Assembly (NCBI RefSeq): GCF_006345805.1
Contig: NW_021833278.1
Span: forward strand, 13,182-77,181
Origin: Octopus sinensis
Lineage: Eukaryota
Length of the DNA: 64,000 nt
Reading direction: 5' to 3'
In this document: positions 40,523 through 54,109 of the stretch, in pieces
Layout of the letters: each line of letters opens with the position of its first letter
How positions within the stretch are numbered: the stretch's first letter is position 1
Program-made: the position numbers and the translations under genes
The notes under the pieces: model-generated
Databases searched by the model: none
The model's input: the letters and a program-made list of their open reading frames with translations, nothing else
What the model was told of the DNA's origin: nothing

Positions 40523-41405
40523 TTAAGTCGATTACATCGACCCCAGTGCGTAACTGGTACTACTTATTCAATCGACTCCGAAAGGATGAAAGGCAGAGTT
40601 GACCTCGCGGAATTTGAACTCAGAACGTAAAGACAGACGAAATACCTATTTCTTTATTACCCACAAGGGGCTAAACATAGAGAGGACAAACAAGGACAGA
40701 CATAGGTATTAAGTCGATTACATCGACCCCAGTGCGTAACTGGTACTACTTATTCAATCGACTCCGAAAGGATGAAAGGCAGAGTTGACCTCGTCGGAAT
40801 TTGAACTCAGAACGTAAAGACAGACGAAATACCTATTTCTTTATTACCCACAAGGGGCTAAACATAGAGAGGACAAACAAAGACAGACAGGTATTAAGTC
40901 GATTACATCGACCCCAGTGCGTAACTGGTACTTACTTATTCAATCGACTCCGAAAGGATGAAAGGCAGTTGTGACCTCGTCGGAATTTGAACTCAGAACG
41001 TAAAGCGACGAATACCTATTTCTTATTACCCCCAGGGGGCTAAACATAGAAGGACAAACAAGGACAGACATAGGTATTAAGTCGATTACATCGACCCCAG
41101 TGCGTAACTGGTACTACTTATTCAATCGACTCCGAAAGGATGAAAGGCAGAGTTGACCTCGTCGGAATTTGAACTCAGAACGTAAAGACAGACGAAACCT
41201 ATTTTTTATTTTCCCACAAGGGGCTAAACATAGAGAGGACAACAAGGACAGACATAGGTATTAAGTCGATTACATCGACCCCAGTGCGTACTGCTACTTA
41301 TTTATCGACCCCAAAAGGGTGAAAGGCAAAGTTGACCTCAGCGGAATTTGAACTCAGAACGTAAAGACAGACGAAATACCGTAAGCATTTCGCCCGGCGT
41401 GCTAA
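40523..41405 (-). repeat. Tandem array of ~185-bp SINE family 1-derived units (4 full + terminal body)
   Basis: Anchor ttaagtcgattac at 40523, 40709, 40894, 41077 and 41261. Confidence 0.92.
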
Positions 41406-41409
41406 CGAT

Positions 41410-42560
41410 TATTTTCTACTCTAGGTACAGGTCCCCAAATTTTGGAGAAGAAGGCCAGACGATTAGATCGACTCCAGTACGCAACTGGTACTTAATTTAT
41501 CGACCCCGGAAGAATGAACGGCAAAGTTGACCTCGGCAGAATTTGAACTCAGAACGTAGAGGCAGACGAAATACCACTAAGCGTTTCGCCCAGCGTGCTA
41601 ATGATTCTGCCAGTTCGCTGTCTTACAACAATAAATAATAATAAAATAATCCTTTCTACTCTAAGGTAGAAGTCTTGAAATTTAGGGGAGGGGGATAGTC
41701 AATTACATCGACCCCCAGTGTTTCACTGGTACTTAATTTATCAACCACGAAAGGATACAAGGAAAAGTCGACCTCGGCGAAATTTGAATTCAGAACGTAA
41801 AGACAGACGAAATTTTGCTAAGTATTTCGTCCGGCGTGCTAACGATTCTACCAGCTTGCCGCCTTACAACAATAAATGATAATAAAATAATTTAAAAAAA
41901 AAAACAATATTGATTCTTCAATAGGAACAAAGCCTGAAAATTTGACTGGTGCTTATTTTATCGATTCCGATTGGACGAAAGGTAACGTCAACTCCGAATG
42001 AAGCGACTTCTTCGAACACGTTAAGGATTCTGCCAGAAAAATTAGAGGATACTACTCGACTACATTGACCCCAGTGCATAACTGGTACTTATTTCCTCGG
42101 CTCTGAAAGGATGAAAGACAAAGTCTACCCTAATTGGAATTTGAAATCACAATGTAAAGCTGAATGAGATGCCTTTCTCCAACACGTGAACGATTCTGTC
42201 AGCGCGTTACCTTAATAACAATAATAATGATTTCAAATTTTGGCACAAGGCCAGCAATTTAGGGGAGGGGCTAAGTTGATTACATCGACCCCCCAGTACT
42301 CAACAGACTAAATACCTATTTCTTTATTATCCACAAGGGGTTAAACACAGAGGGGACAAACAAGGACAGACATAGGTATTAAGTCGATTACATCGACCCC
42401 AGTGCGTAAATGGTACTTAATTTATCGACCCCGAAAGGATGAAAGGCAAAGTCGACCTCGGCGGAATTTGAACTCACAACGTAACGACAGACGAAATACC
42501 TCTAAGCATTTTTCCCGGCGTGTTAACGATTCTGCCAGCACACCGCTTTAATAATAATAA
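41410..42560 (-). mobile_element. Cluster of SINE family 1 copies
   Basis: Multiple reverse-complement cores. Confidence 0.8.
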
Positions 42561-43334
42561 TAGTATTAACCCTTTCTGTTATTGGCGCAAAGCCTGAAAT
42601 TGTGGTGGTGGTGGTGGTGGTGGTAGTGGTGGTGGTGGTGGTGGTGGTGGTGGTGGTGGTGGGGAACTAATCGAAGGAACTAAAAGAGTAAAAGAGTAAA
42701 CTGCTAAGTTACGAAACGTAACCCTACGAACACCGATTGTCAAAACACACACACACGCACACACACACACACACACAAATGTACATACGTACATACATAC
42801 ATACATACATACATACACATACCAGCCCATTGGGATTATTCTCTTTCTGTTATTGGAAAGAAGCGTGGGAAATAAGGACAAGGAAACAATAAAAAAAAAA
42901 ATACAAATTCTCTGTAAACATTTAATAATAGATACTATTGATAATGATATTGCTAAAACTGAAAACAGACGCTTGTTTCGGGATAATGTACTTCCTCAGG
43001 GCAAAAAAAATTATATTACATTCGGTTTGTGCTGGCATGTAAATAAATAAAGGGAATATTAACTAGTTATGTGTAATGCGAAAATAGAAGTCGAAAGAAT
43101 TTTTTCCCTTCGCCAGTAACATGGAAGTGTCGCTCAGCAATTAAAATATTACGTTAGCTTCCATCTAGGCAATTTCCATCTTGCGTTTCTTGGTTTTAAT
43201 TGAGCCGTTCTGTATAGGATTTTGAGAAACTCCTTGTTCTATGTTAGATTTCTGGAACAAAAAAACGCGCATTCCGCAGCGTAGTTCCGAATTCAGCAAC
43301 AAGATATTGATGGAAATTCCCTCCAAGTGGAATC

Positions 43335-43514
43335 CAATCCCAACGTAGAATTATACATACATACATGCATACATGCATACATACATACATACATACATAC
43401 ATACATACATGCATGCATACATACATACATACATGCATGCATGCATACATGCGTACATACATACATACATACATACATACATACATGCATACATACATGC
43501 ATACATACATACAT

Positions 43515-43549
<35 letters not shown>

Positions 43550-43633
43550 TACATACATATATACATCCATACATACATACATACTTACATACATACATAC
43601 ACACATACATACATACATACATACATACATACA

Positions 43634-43667
<34 letters not shown>

Positions 43668-43690
43668 CATACATACATACATACATACGT
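43335..43690. repeat. (TACA)n microsatellite
   Basis: Direct reading. Confidence 0.97.
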
Positions 43691-43764
43691 ATATATTGTT
43701 GGCATAATTAGAATTTTGGCAACCGTGAAAGTCAAATCATATAAGCCATTAAATAAAAACTCTC

Positions 43765-43821
<57 letters not shown>

Positions 43822-44054
43822 TAATAATAATAATTATAACAACAACAACAACAATAATAATAATGATAATTATTATTATTATTATCATTATCTATATTTG
43901 ATTGTTATTTATTCATTTTTTTATTTAAATGCCTGCACATATAGAATGTAATGAGAATTTCCTGTCCTGAAGAATTACATTATGGTGAAATAAACCTCTT
44001 AATTGCTTCGGGTTTCGACGTTTCCAACGAGATGTATATATATATATATATATA

Positions 44055-44471
44055 CATCAGGGACAACTGATGAAGGGGAATGTTCTTTATGTTGCTGGTC
44101 TCGTTTCTCTGTTTTTTTTCGATTTTCGAAAAAAGTTCGTTTTCTATGTTTTTGTTTTTATGTTTTCGTTTTTCATTATGATCAACGTTTTATTTTGATG
44201 TCCTGTACCCATATATGCATGTATATATACATATATATGTAGGTATGTACATATATGTATGTACGTATATAATTATATATTATTTATATTATATTATATT
44301 ATATTATATATATATTTTTTTTTCTCTCCCTATTTATTTTCTCATGTTCCTTTGTTTTGAAGAGCGTAGGCTCGAAACGTAAAATATTTTCTTACTTTCC
44401 CGAGCGTTAAACTAATACACCTGTTTGTTGTTTATACTCTCCGTCTTTTGTTTTCTTTGTAAATTCCATCC

Positions 44472-44513
<42 letters not shown>

Positions 44514-44915
44514 GGGACAACTGATGAAGGGGAATGTTCTTTATGTTGCTGGTCTCGTTTCTCTGTTTTTTTTTCGATTTTCGAAAAAAGTTCGTTTTCT
44601 ATGTTTTTGTTTTTATGTTTTCGTTTTTCATTATGATCAACGTTTTATTTTGATGTCCTGTACCCATATATGCATGTATATATACATATATGTAGGTATG
44701 TACATATATGTATGTACGTATATAATTATATATTATTTATATTATATTATATATATATATTTTTTTTTCTCTCCCTATTTATTTTCTCATGTTCCTTGTT
44801 TTGAAGAGCGTAGGCTCGAAACGTAAAATATTTTCTTACTTTCCCGAGCGTTAAACTAATACACCTGTTTGTTGTTTATACTCTCCGTCTTTTGTTTTCT
44901 TTGTAAATTCCATCC

Positions 44916-44920
<5 letters not shown>
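44055..44920 (+). repeat. Head-to-tail duplicate of a ~454-bp Penelope-like unit
   Basis: catcagggacaactgatgaagggg at 44055 and 44509; copies nearly identical apart from TA/T-run lengths. Confidence 0.85.
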
Positions 44921-44970
<50 letters not shown>

Positions 44971-45024
44971 TGGATGGATGGATGATAGACGGAAACATAT
45001 ATGCATACATACATACATCATAAG

Positions 45025-45545
45025 CAGGCAGTTGTCCGATATGTCATCACGGTATTCATCTACCGATGAGACATGATGTTGTAGCTCTGCCACTCTATAA
45101 TGAACTCCGTCGGAAAGATAATTCCGAGGACAAAGAAATAAGAACCCATAGTATGGTAGAAGCCATAGCTACTCACAATAAAAAGATGTACTGGTGGAAT
45201 GATCCAGTGAAGACCTCAATAAAATGTAAGCACAACAGACCTGATATAATGATTTAGGATGGAGAAGAGAAACTGTGCAGTTGTGGAAATTAGCTGCCCA
45301 GCAGATGTTAATAAAGCTGAAGATTAGTGAAAAAGAGAGAAATCTGTTGTTACTCCATCTAGATTACAAAATCAAGTTTATACCCTGGGATATGTAACAC
45401 ACTGCCTAAATACCAATCTTAAGAAATTAGGCTTCAGAAAGCCAGAAAGGAGAAAGCTACAAATCCAGTCCATCACTGGAACTGTAAGAATCTGTAAAAC
45501 TTTCCAGAAGTTTTACAGATGTTTATTAAACATATATGAGCATGT
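45025..45545 (+). mobile_element. Degenerate RLE-type LINE 3' fragment
   Basis: MRHDVVAL...WWNDPVKTSIKCKHNRPDIMI motif. Confidence 0.75.
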
Positions 45546-46158
45546 CTAGATATGCAACTCTATGCATGAGAATACATACATAAAGCATACAAATCTGCAC
45601 ATATACATACATACATACATACAAACATACATACATACATACATACACACATACATACATACATACATACATACATACATACATACATACATACATACAT
45701 ACATACATACATACATACATACGTACAAAAATACCCTGTTGTTGATGTTGCCATTCCAGTGAAGGGGCATTGGATCAAGGTTAGAAACCGGTTCTTTCTC
45801 TATTGGAAAAAATCTTGAATTAAGCTGAATAATGACATACAAACGTAAATGAACCGATGCACGCATCAATAAGAAGTAACATAATCCCTGATCTTTTCAA
45901 TAGCCAATAATTACTAATCGATATTGGAATATTCTAAGCGGCAACAAACAGAGGAGCAAAGGAACAAAATATATACACATTAAAATGGAGGAGTTTTGTT
46001 GAAGCATTGAATGATAGAAATATACGATAACACTACAAATTTGATTTTTTTTCTCTCTCTGAAGTTTGCTTTACGTCTCGCATTGTTCCGGCCTTACACA
46101 AATCTTTTTTGAAATACATGTATGCGTACATACATACATACATACATACATACATACA

Positions 46159-46189
<31 letters not shown>

Positions 46190-46224
46190 GTAAATATATA
46201 TATATAATATATAAATATACATAA

Positions 46225-46259
<35 letters not shown>

Positions 46260-46381
46260 TATATATACACTTATATACATACACACACACACACATATGT
46301 ATATACACATATACATATATATATATACACATATATACATTTATATATATAATTATATATATATGTATATATATATATAAT

Positions 46382-46415
<34 letters not shown>

Positions 46416-46994
46416 CTTGTATAAATATATGTAAATATATATATGTATACCAGTAAATATATATAGATATGTGTATCTCTGTGTTATGTATGCAAGCATG
46501 TATATAGCTATAGATATAGATAGACACACACACATATACATATATATATATGTATATATATATATTATATATATATATATAATTATATATATATATTATA
46601 TATATATATATTATATATAATATATATATATATAATATATATGTAAATATACATATGTATACCAGTAAATATATATAGATATGTGTGTGTATCTCTGTGT
46701 TTATGCATGTATGTATGCATATATAGATATAGATACAGACATACACACACACACACGCATGTATATAAGATGAGGGGAAATTTTCCCACATCACTGAATA
46801 CATGAAAGAAATGTCTATAATCAGAAAACGGTGCGTGTGATAAATGATAAATGCAAGCTTAGTTTTCAACCTTAAACATTATATTTCTATATTATATATC
46901 TCACGTACCCGTTGTGAGAAATCCCCATTTTCTAGTCCTATGACATTAAACTCGATAAGAAGTCGTGTAGTAGCAGTAGCAGCAGCAGCAGCAA

Positions 46995-47053
<59 letters not shown>

Positions 47054-47284
47054 ATGGGGGTTAGGAATTTTTGGCAAATCTTTCCGACGTCGGTGTCGTT
47101 GACACAGTATTTCGATGGGTTCGCACGCCAAAAAAAAAAAAAAAAAAAAATGTGGGGTGGAAATGGTCCTATATTAGGGGCCCACATAAATTCGTACGGT
47201 TCCCCCACCACCACCACTCTTGTTCATTTTAATCATTTCCAATGCTATCTGAAATATTTTCCTCGTCCTGTTTTATAGCCCCTA

Positions 47285-47325
<41 letters not shown>

Positions 47326-47894
47326 CGCTATTCTTTCTGTACAACTTTTGTTCATTGTTTCTGAGATATGAATAAATTTTACTTCTTTTCTGGCGTAAAA
47401 ACAACCGAGTACTAAGTAGGAAAAGAAAACAAAACAAAAACAAAAAGCACAAACGGATTTATCTATTACTATTACCCAGCAGCGCCATAACATACCATGA
47501 AGTGGACTGTCGCGCATTCGTTAGATAAATATAATATATATATATATATATAGAGAGAGAGGGAGAGAGAGAGAGAGAAACAGACAAACTGATGATAAAT
47601 AGATAGATAGACAGATAGACAGATATGTATATATATATATATAGAGAGAGAGAGAGGGAGAGAGAGAGAGAGAAACAGACAAACTGATTGATAAATAGAT
47701 AGATAGACAGATAGACAGATATATATGTGTATATATATATATATAGATATATATATATTATATATATATATATGTATATATATATAATATATATATATGT
47801 ATATATATATATAATATATATATTATATATATTATATATATATATATAGATATATATATATATTATATATATGTATATATATATATATATTATA

Positions 47895-47964
<70 letters not shown>

Positions 47965-48906
47965 CATATATGTATATATATATATTATATTATATATATA
48001 TTATATATATATATATATATTTGTTGGCAAAAATAAATTGTACCTGTATTTCAATGGACCAGCCTTGTCACATTCTGTTTCACTTTGAATCTCCCTGAGA
48101 ACTACGCTAATCGTACGCTTGTCCGTGGAATGCTCAGCCCTTTGTACGTTAATTTCGGGAGCAGGCTTTTTCCGTTGATCGGATCAACTGGAACCGTCGT
48201 CGTCGTAAATGACGGAGTACCAGTTAGTTTTGAAGGAATGAAACTCTATCCACGACTTTTGTAGACTCCTCTTAGACTGGTAACATTGAAGCCGTTTTTC
48301 AGGGTGGTTTTCATAAATGGTGGAGAGGCAGAAGTTTGTACTGGATGCAAGAATTGCAACACAGAAAGGAACGCAAAAGGAAAAACTAAACTTGCTATCG
48401 TCAATTCGGTTCTCTTGTCTCCTCTGATCAGTGACCAAGTATTTTGGTTGCCGAAAGAGTATGATCGCAAAAACAAGCGGCCGAAACAAAGATCGCTGGA
48501 ATAACGTTACTGCGCAGCTCAGAGATCAAAAAGTTACTCCAGGTTGTAACACTACTTCTTGGCATGTAGAGGTCACAGTTTCAATATTAAGAGCATGGGG
48601 CATGAATGCCTGAGGAATGAATCGCTGGACATATTTTATGGGCAAAACCATCTGGCGGGGTAACAGCCATAGCCTTGGTTGATTTTTGCTTCTGGGGTCA
48701 GCTAGAACATTTGCTGATGTTTGTTTCTGATAGACCCCTTTGAAGGACCCTGCCCTCACGATTCACAAAAAAGCAAGTGGGCTATGAAAATATATCAATG
48801 TAAGGCTCTGTGTGTGACTGACTACACACACACACACCACACACACACACACACACACCACACACACACACACATATATATATATATAATATATATATAT
48901 ATATAT

Positions 48907-48942
<36 letters not shown>

Positions 48943-49730
48943 TTGTTGATCTAACAAATGGTTTGTTAGTTTATTGTTGACGACATCGCTAGATCGATTC
49001 CAAGTAAAGCAACAGATTATGAATCGCTTGATAGTCCCACGATGGAGTATATCCCGTTTGTTATCGCTAGAATAACTCAAGGCGGCGAGCTGTTCGAATC
49101 ATTAGTGCGTCGTACAAAAATGCTTAGCGACATTTCTTTTGACTCTATGTTCTGAGTTCAAATTCCGCTGAGGTCGACTTTACATTTATCCTTGATAAAA
49201 CAAATACCAGTTGAGCACTGGTATAATCAACTAATCCCCCCCCCCACTTCCCAAAATTTCAAGACTGTTCTTATGGTAGAAACAGTTATTAGTATTACTA
49301 GTATATCGCAAGCTGGCAGGACCATTAGAGCGTTAGACAAAACACTTTGCAGCTTTTCTGACTCATTACCCTCTGGGTTCAAATAGCGCCGAAGTCAGCT
49401 TCGCTTTTTATTCTTTCGGGAGATAAAAATTCCTTCAGAAGACATTGGTCAGCCCGGAGCTATAGCAGAAATTTCTTGCCGAAGGTGCCATGCAGTGGGA
49501 TTGAACCCGAAACTACGTGCTTGAAAAGTTAGCTTCTTAACCACACATCTATAACTGTATCTATGGAAACATTGTGAATGTCTTCTATGACAGACAAAAT
49601 TATGAATGACAGACAAAATTATGAATTTTAACACCTTGACCTTTTCGTCACTTTATTTCTGTCAAATACATTGACTATGTTTCAATTAATTTTGAAACTA
49701 ATTAATCTAATTAAACTAATAAGAATTTAG

Positions 49731-49761
<31 letters not shown>

Positions 49762-50053
49762 CTCTGGCGTTTGGGACATAAATTAGTATGGAATTTAATT
49801 CAGATAATTTAAAAACAGAAAGCTTTTATTATATGATCAGGGGCAAAAGGTGCTAAGATTGGCAGAATCTTTAGTGCGTCGGACAAAATGCTGAGCAGTA
49901 TTTTTCCTGATTCTTTATGTTTTGAGTTCAAATTCTACCGAAGTCAACTTTGCTTTTCTTCCTTCAGAATCGATAAAATAAAATCCCCACCAAAAATTTC
50001 TCGTCTTGTGTTAAAATCAGAAAGAATTATAGAACCATAGATGTTATCGGGTG

Positions 50054-50350
50054 GAGGCACGTGGCCTGGTGGTTAGAGAAGCGGACTCGCGGTCGAGGGA
50101 TCGCGGATTCGAATCTTAAACCGGGCGAGTGTGTGTTTATGAGCGAAACACCTAGGCTCCACGCGGCACCGGCAGGAGGTAATGGCGAACTTCTGCTGAC
50201 TCTTTCGCCACAACTTTCTCTCACTCTTTCCTCCGGCATCTTGCAGCTCACCTGCGACGGACCGGCGTCCCGTCTAGGTGGGAAATCTAAACGCCAAGGA
50301 AACCGGGAAACCGGCCCTATGAGCCAAGCGTGGCTCGAGAAGGAACAAAC
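50054..50350 (+). mobile_element. tRNA-derived SINE family 3
   Basis: tggcctggtgg (A-box-like), ggattcgaatc (B-box-like), central gcgacggaccggcgtcccgtc, 3' tail ggaaaccgggaaaccggccc. Confidence 0.75.
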
Positions 50351-50387
50351 AGATGTTATCAGAGGGATTGCTATCAAAAGGGTTTAT

Positions 50388-50588
50388 TACCGTATTTTCT
50401 TGTATACAAGTCGACGTAGTGTATAGTGTAAACATACAAACAGCTTCTCTATCTTTTCAAACGCTACTGCGTTTCCCGTAGAAGTTTTGGTCCTTCGAAG
50501 TCGTCTTGGTGTATAAGTCGACCTACCTATTTCGTCTGTAAATTTTAGTCTGAAAAATTCGTCTTTTATACCGAAAAGAACCCCGGTA
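50388..50588. mobile_element. Possible pogo/Tigger-like MITE
   Basis: taccgtatttt...tacaagtcgac start and ...ttataccgaaaagaaccccggta end; TIR match is weak. Confidence 0.35.
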
Positions 50589-51334
50589 TATTTTTAAAAT
50601 CTATGGTTCAACTACTTAACCCTGGTGATTCGTCGCAGTAGACCGTTTTTGAACCTTTTCTTTAAACATTCACGCAGATTTTTATTTACTCTTTTTAGTC
50701 AGGAGGGAAGAGAGCACTCATGGCCCTTTACGGGGGTTCTGAAACTGGTGGGAGACAGGGAACAAGGAAAGGTAGTCTCAAATCGGTAAACTTGCTTGTG
50801 ATGTTTAAAACACAGTGAACCCCATAAAAAGCACCAAAAGTGCCGGGTGGTGGATGAAATCAACACTCAAGTAGGCAGAAGCAATATCTGAATTACGATG
50901 CAAAGAACCGGAAAAAATAGCGTAAGGCGTCCGGTTCCGCCCTGAATTGCTAACTTTTTTCTTATTGATTCCGAAAGAATGGAAGGCAAAGTTGGCCTGA
51001 AAGGGTTTTGATGTCAGAGTGTAGTGGCGAGTCAAAATCAAGTTAACACTCCAAGAACACTATGGCGTGATTTAAAGTCAGACTAGAATACAAGGAACCG
51101 GAAGAAATAGCACGCGGCATCTGGTTCGGCTTTCTTACTGTCTAAACAAGGTTAGTATTTTTTTAATCGACCCTGAAAGGAAAAAAAAATATGCACAGTT
51201 GATTTCATCAGGAATTGAAATCAGAACGTAGCGGTAAGGCAAAACCTGTGTCACAGTAGAATAAACACGAACCAATACATAACATCCGAAAGGAATAAAT
51301 TGATGCATAATTGTGCATGATGTCATTTGAAGTC

Positions 51335-51398
<64 letters not shown>

Positions 51399-51598
51399 TG
51401 TTAAATTTAATGTTCCTTTCAAGAGTGATTTCTGAGAAAATGATGGCTGCGAGAAATGTCAGGAAATCATGAAAATATATCAGCAATGGCGACATTATCG
51501 TTAATGTTTCGTTGACACTGAAGAAGTACAGTAAAGTAGAAATCTATATACAACTGCTGCATTAAATAGTCATATATGTGTGTGTGTGTGTATGTATG

Positions 51599-51659
<61 letters not shown>

Positions 51660-51947
51660 GTATGTATATATGTATATATATATGCATATATATACACACA
51701 CACATATATATACACACACACATATATATACATACAAACATCTATCTATCTATATATATATATAAATAAATATATATATATATAGATAGATAGATAGATA
51801 GATAGATAGATGCTTGTATGTATGTATGTATGTATGTATATATATGTGTGTGTGTATATATGCATGCATATATAATATATATATACATATATGTGTATAT
51901 ATGCATGCATATATATATTATATATATATATATACATATATACATAC

Positions 51948-52016
<69 letters not shown>

Positions 52017-52865
52017 CATATATACATACACATGTGTATGTGTATGTATATATATTTATTTTGCTAGTTGATATTCTTGTCATGTTCTTTTGGTAATAAT
52101 GGAATTATCGAGAATTATTGATGGGCAATTTCTTCGGAAATGAATGCAGGAGGATTGAATATGTCATATGCTAATGCCTAAATCGACAAATGTTATTTCT
52201 TGATCCCGTTTACATAAATTCCTTAACGCCGCCGTCGTCATCGCCGTGGTATATTTAAACTCCATTCTGTTGAGGCATGGGGTAAAAACTTCAGAATGAA
52301 TTGTTCTCTTTGTACCAAACTGTGTACAGGTAACTACTGGGGTCAAAGTAAGGTATCTCTATTTGCTACTTATTTATGAACCCCTAGATTTCATATAGAT
52401 GATGGATTCCCTCGTCTTTGGTATTAAGTCTGTTTCGAACCGACAGGGCTAATCATGTGTGAGTTTATCCAAGATTTTAGTGTTGAAGCTGAATCTAGAA
52501 GAAAAAAAAATCCGTCCCATCTCTGATTACAGCGCCAGTCGACTTCTGGGTTAAACTAACCCCTCTTTCACCAAATTCTGCTACAATTCATTTTAATTTG
52601 CATGTACAAAAACGGCGTGAAGAGAAGTGCATTAATCAAAGGTACAACGTTTTAACCTGGTCCGAGAATCGAACCGACGACAAAACGATCATGAACCCAA
52701 CTCCCTAACCAATAGACCATGTACCTTCACTAGTTTCTGGTATAGAAGCCTGATATTGTCCCCGCAGTTGTTTTAGCAGCCTCTACCCTGGGGCTGGTAT
52801 TAAGTAGTAGCGGTAATTTTCCTTCATTTTCTAGTTGTTGTTATTGTTCAATTGCCATGTCCAAT

Positions 52866-53010
52866 AAGTTCACGGTCATCAGTTCACCTCCAGGAAAGTT
52901 CACCGTCATCGATTCCCTGCAGAGAAAGTTCACGGTCATCGATTCACCACAGAGAAAGTTCACGGTCATCGATTCACCGCAGAGAAAGTTCACTATCATC
53001 AATTCACTGA
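52866..53010. repeat. 30-bp minisatellite (~5 units of gaaagttcacggtcatcgattcaccacaga)
   Basis: Direct reading; gives the KFTVIDSPQR repeat ORF. Confidence 0.9.
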
Positions 53011-53078
53011 TTTATCTTTATCTGTTTTTTGTTTGCAATTAAATAGTTTTTAACTATTAATGGTGAGATACTATGGGT

Positions 53079-53477
53079 ATAGAATGGTTGTATACTGTCA
53101 ATCTAACACGAACGTGACAGTAGGGGGGTACACCACCGCTGTATAGCCCTAGGAAGCATCGACGCCTTTTTTTCCCTGTGTCCTTATATACATTTACGAA
53201 GGGGAGACAAACACCCCCGGTCGCCGGAGCTGCATCTAGGGACACGTGTTTCAGGATCATTGTCCTTCATCGGCCTAGAGTAGCAGACACCGGTCAGCTG
53301 GCGATATTTGTCTCGACTTCGTATTGTATATATCTATAATTCAGTGAAGTCTATTCACTGATTATCAAAATAAGAAATACTAAATTTCTAAATCTCTCGT
53401 AGAGACATGTACGGTGGTGGGGCGATAGAATGGTTGTATACTGTCAATCTAACACGAACGTGACAGTAGGGGGGTAC
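53079..53477 (-). mobile_element. Retrozyme-like unit (346-bp period) with 53-bp perfect terminal direct repeats
   Basis: atagaatggttg...taggggggtac at 53079-53131 and 53425-53477; internal hammerhead. Confidence 0.6.
53236..53278 (-). ncRNA. Type I hammerhead ribozyme (U4C variant, palindromic helix III)
   Basis: CTAGG-CCGATGA-AGGA-caatga-TCCT-GAA-ACACGTGT-C-CCTAG: 5-bp stem I, 4-bp stem II, self-complementary ACACGTGT, GUC cleavage triplet. Confidence 0.75.
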
Positions 53478-54109
53478 GTTTTCTCGATAAACTTTCCTCG
53501 CGGTGAACTTTCCTCGCAGTGAATTTTCTTCAAGATGAATTAATAGCAGTGAACTTGCCTGTAACCGTTCAATGCTGTTATATACCAGTGCATCTCAAAG
53601 TTTTTATAAAAAAATCAATATCCACTTTTCTTTTACCAAAACGTTCTCATTGCCCCTTTGCTGCGATTTAATGAAATTAAATGCACCCTAAAAAAGAAAT
53701 TGCTGTCGACATGTTGATCCCCATTAACCTTTTTGAGACACACGGTGTTACCCCTATGTGTAACCAAAAAGACCAAAGTGTTTTTTTCTGTTGAGACTGA
53801 AATTGATGGGTGCAAGTAGAAAATAAAGGATAAAGTGCGCCTCAAACTATTTTATTAGCATGTAAAACTATATATATATTATAGTTTTATATTATATCTA
53901 CTAAAAGACGATCCCTGATAGGCTATTACACTTCAAAACGTGTGTTTCATTGGGCCGATAGATCGAACTCAAAACCCTTTCAGCTTGTGTCACTTGGCCG
54001 ATCAATCTGTCCGGATGTCACAAGTGGGCTAAAAAAACTTCTACTATTGCATCAGTCGTTTCATTAATATAATAAGGGATGTCTAGCCATATCGACCACT
54101 AATATTGTT

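Noticed and set aside
44064-44100. CTGATGA followed by GGGGAA/TTCTTT as a hammerhead
   Set aside because: No GAAA after the putative stem II.
48184-48800. Cluster of 60-100-aa ORFs on both strands
   Set aside because: No motif I can recognise and no consistent frame; probably a decayed retroelement, but not supportable.
52857-53042. ORF with KFTVIDSPQR repeats
   Set aside because: Product of a 30-bp minisatellite; no splice or coding context.
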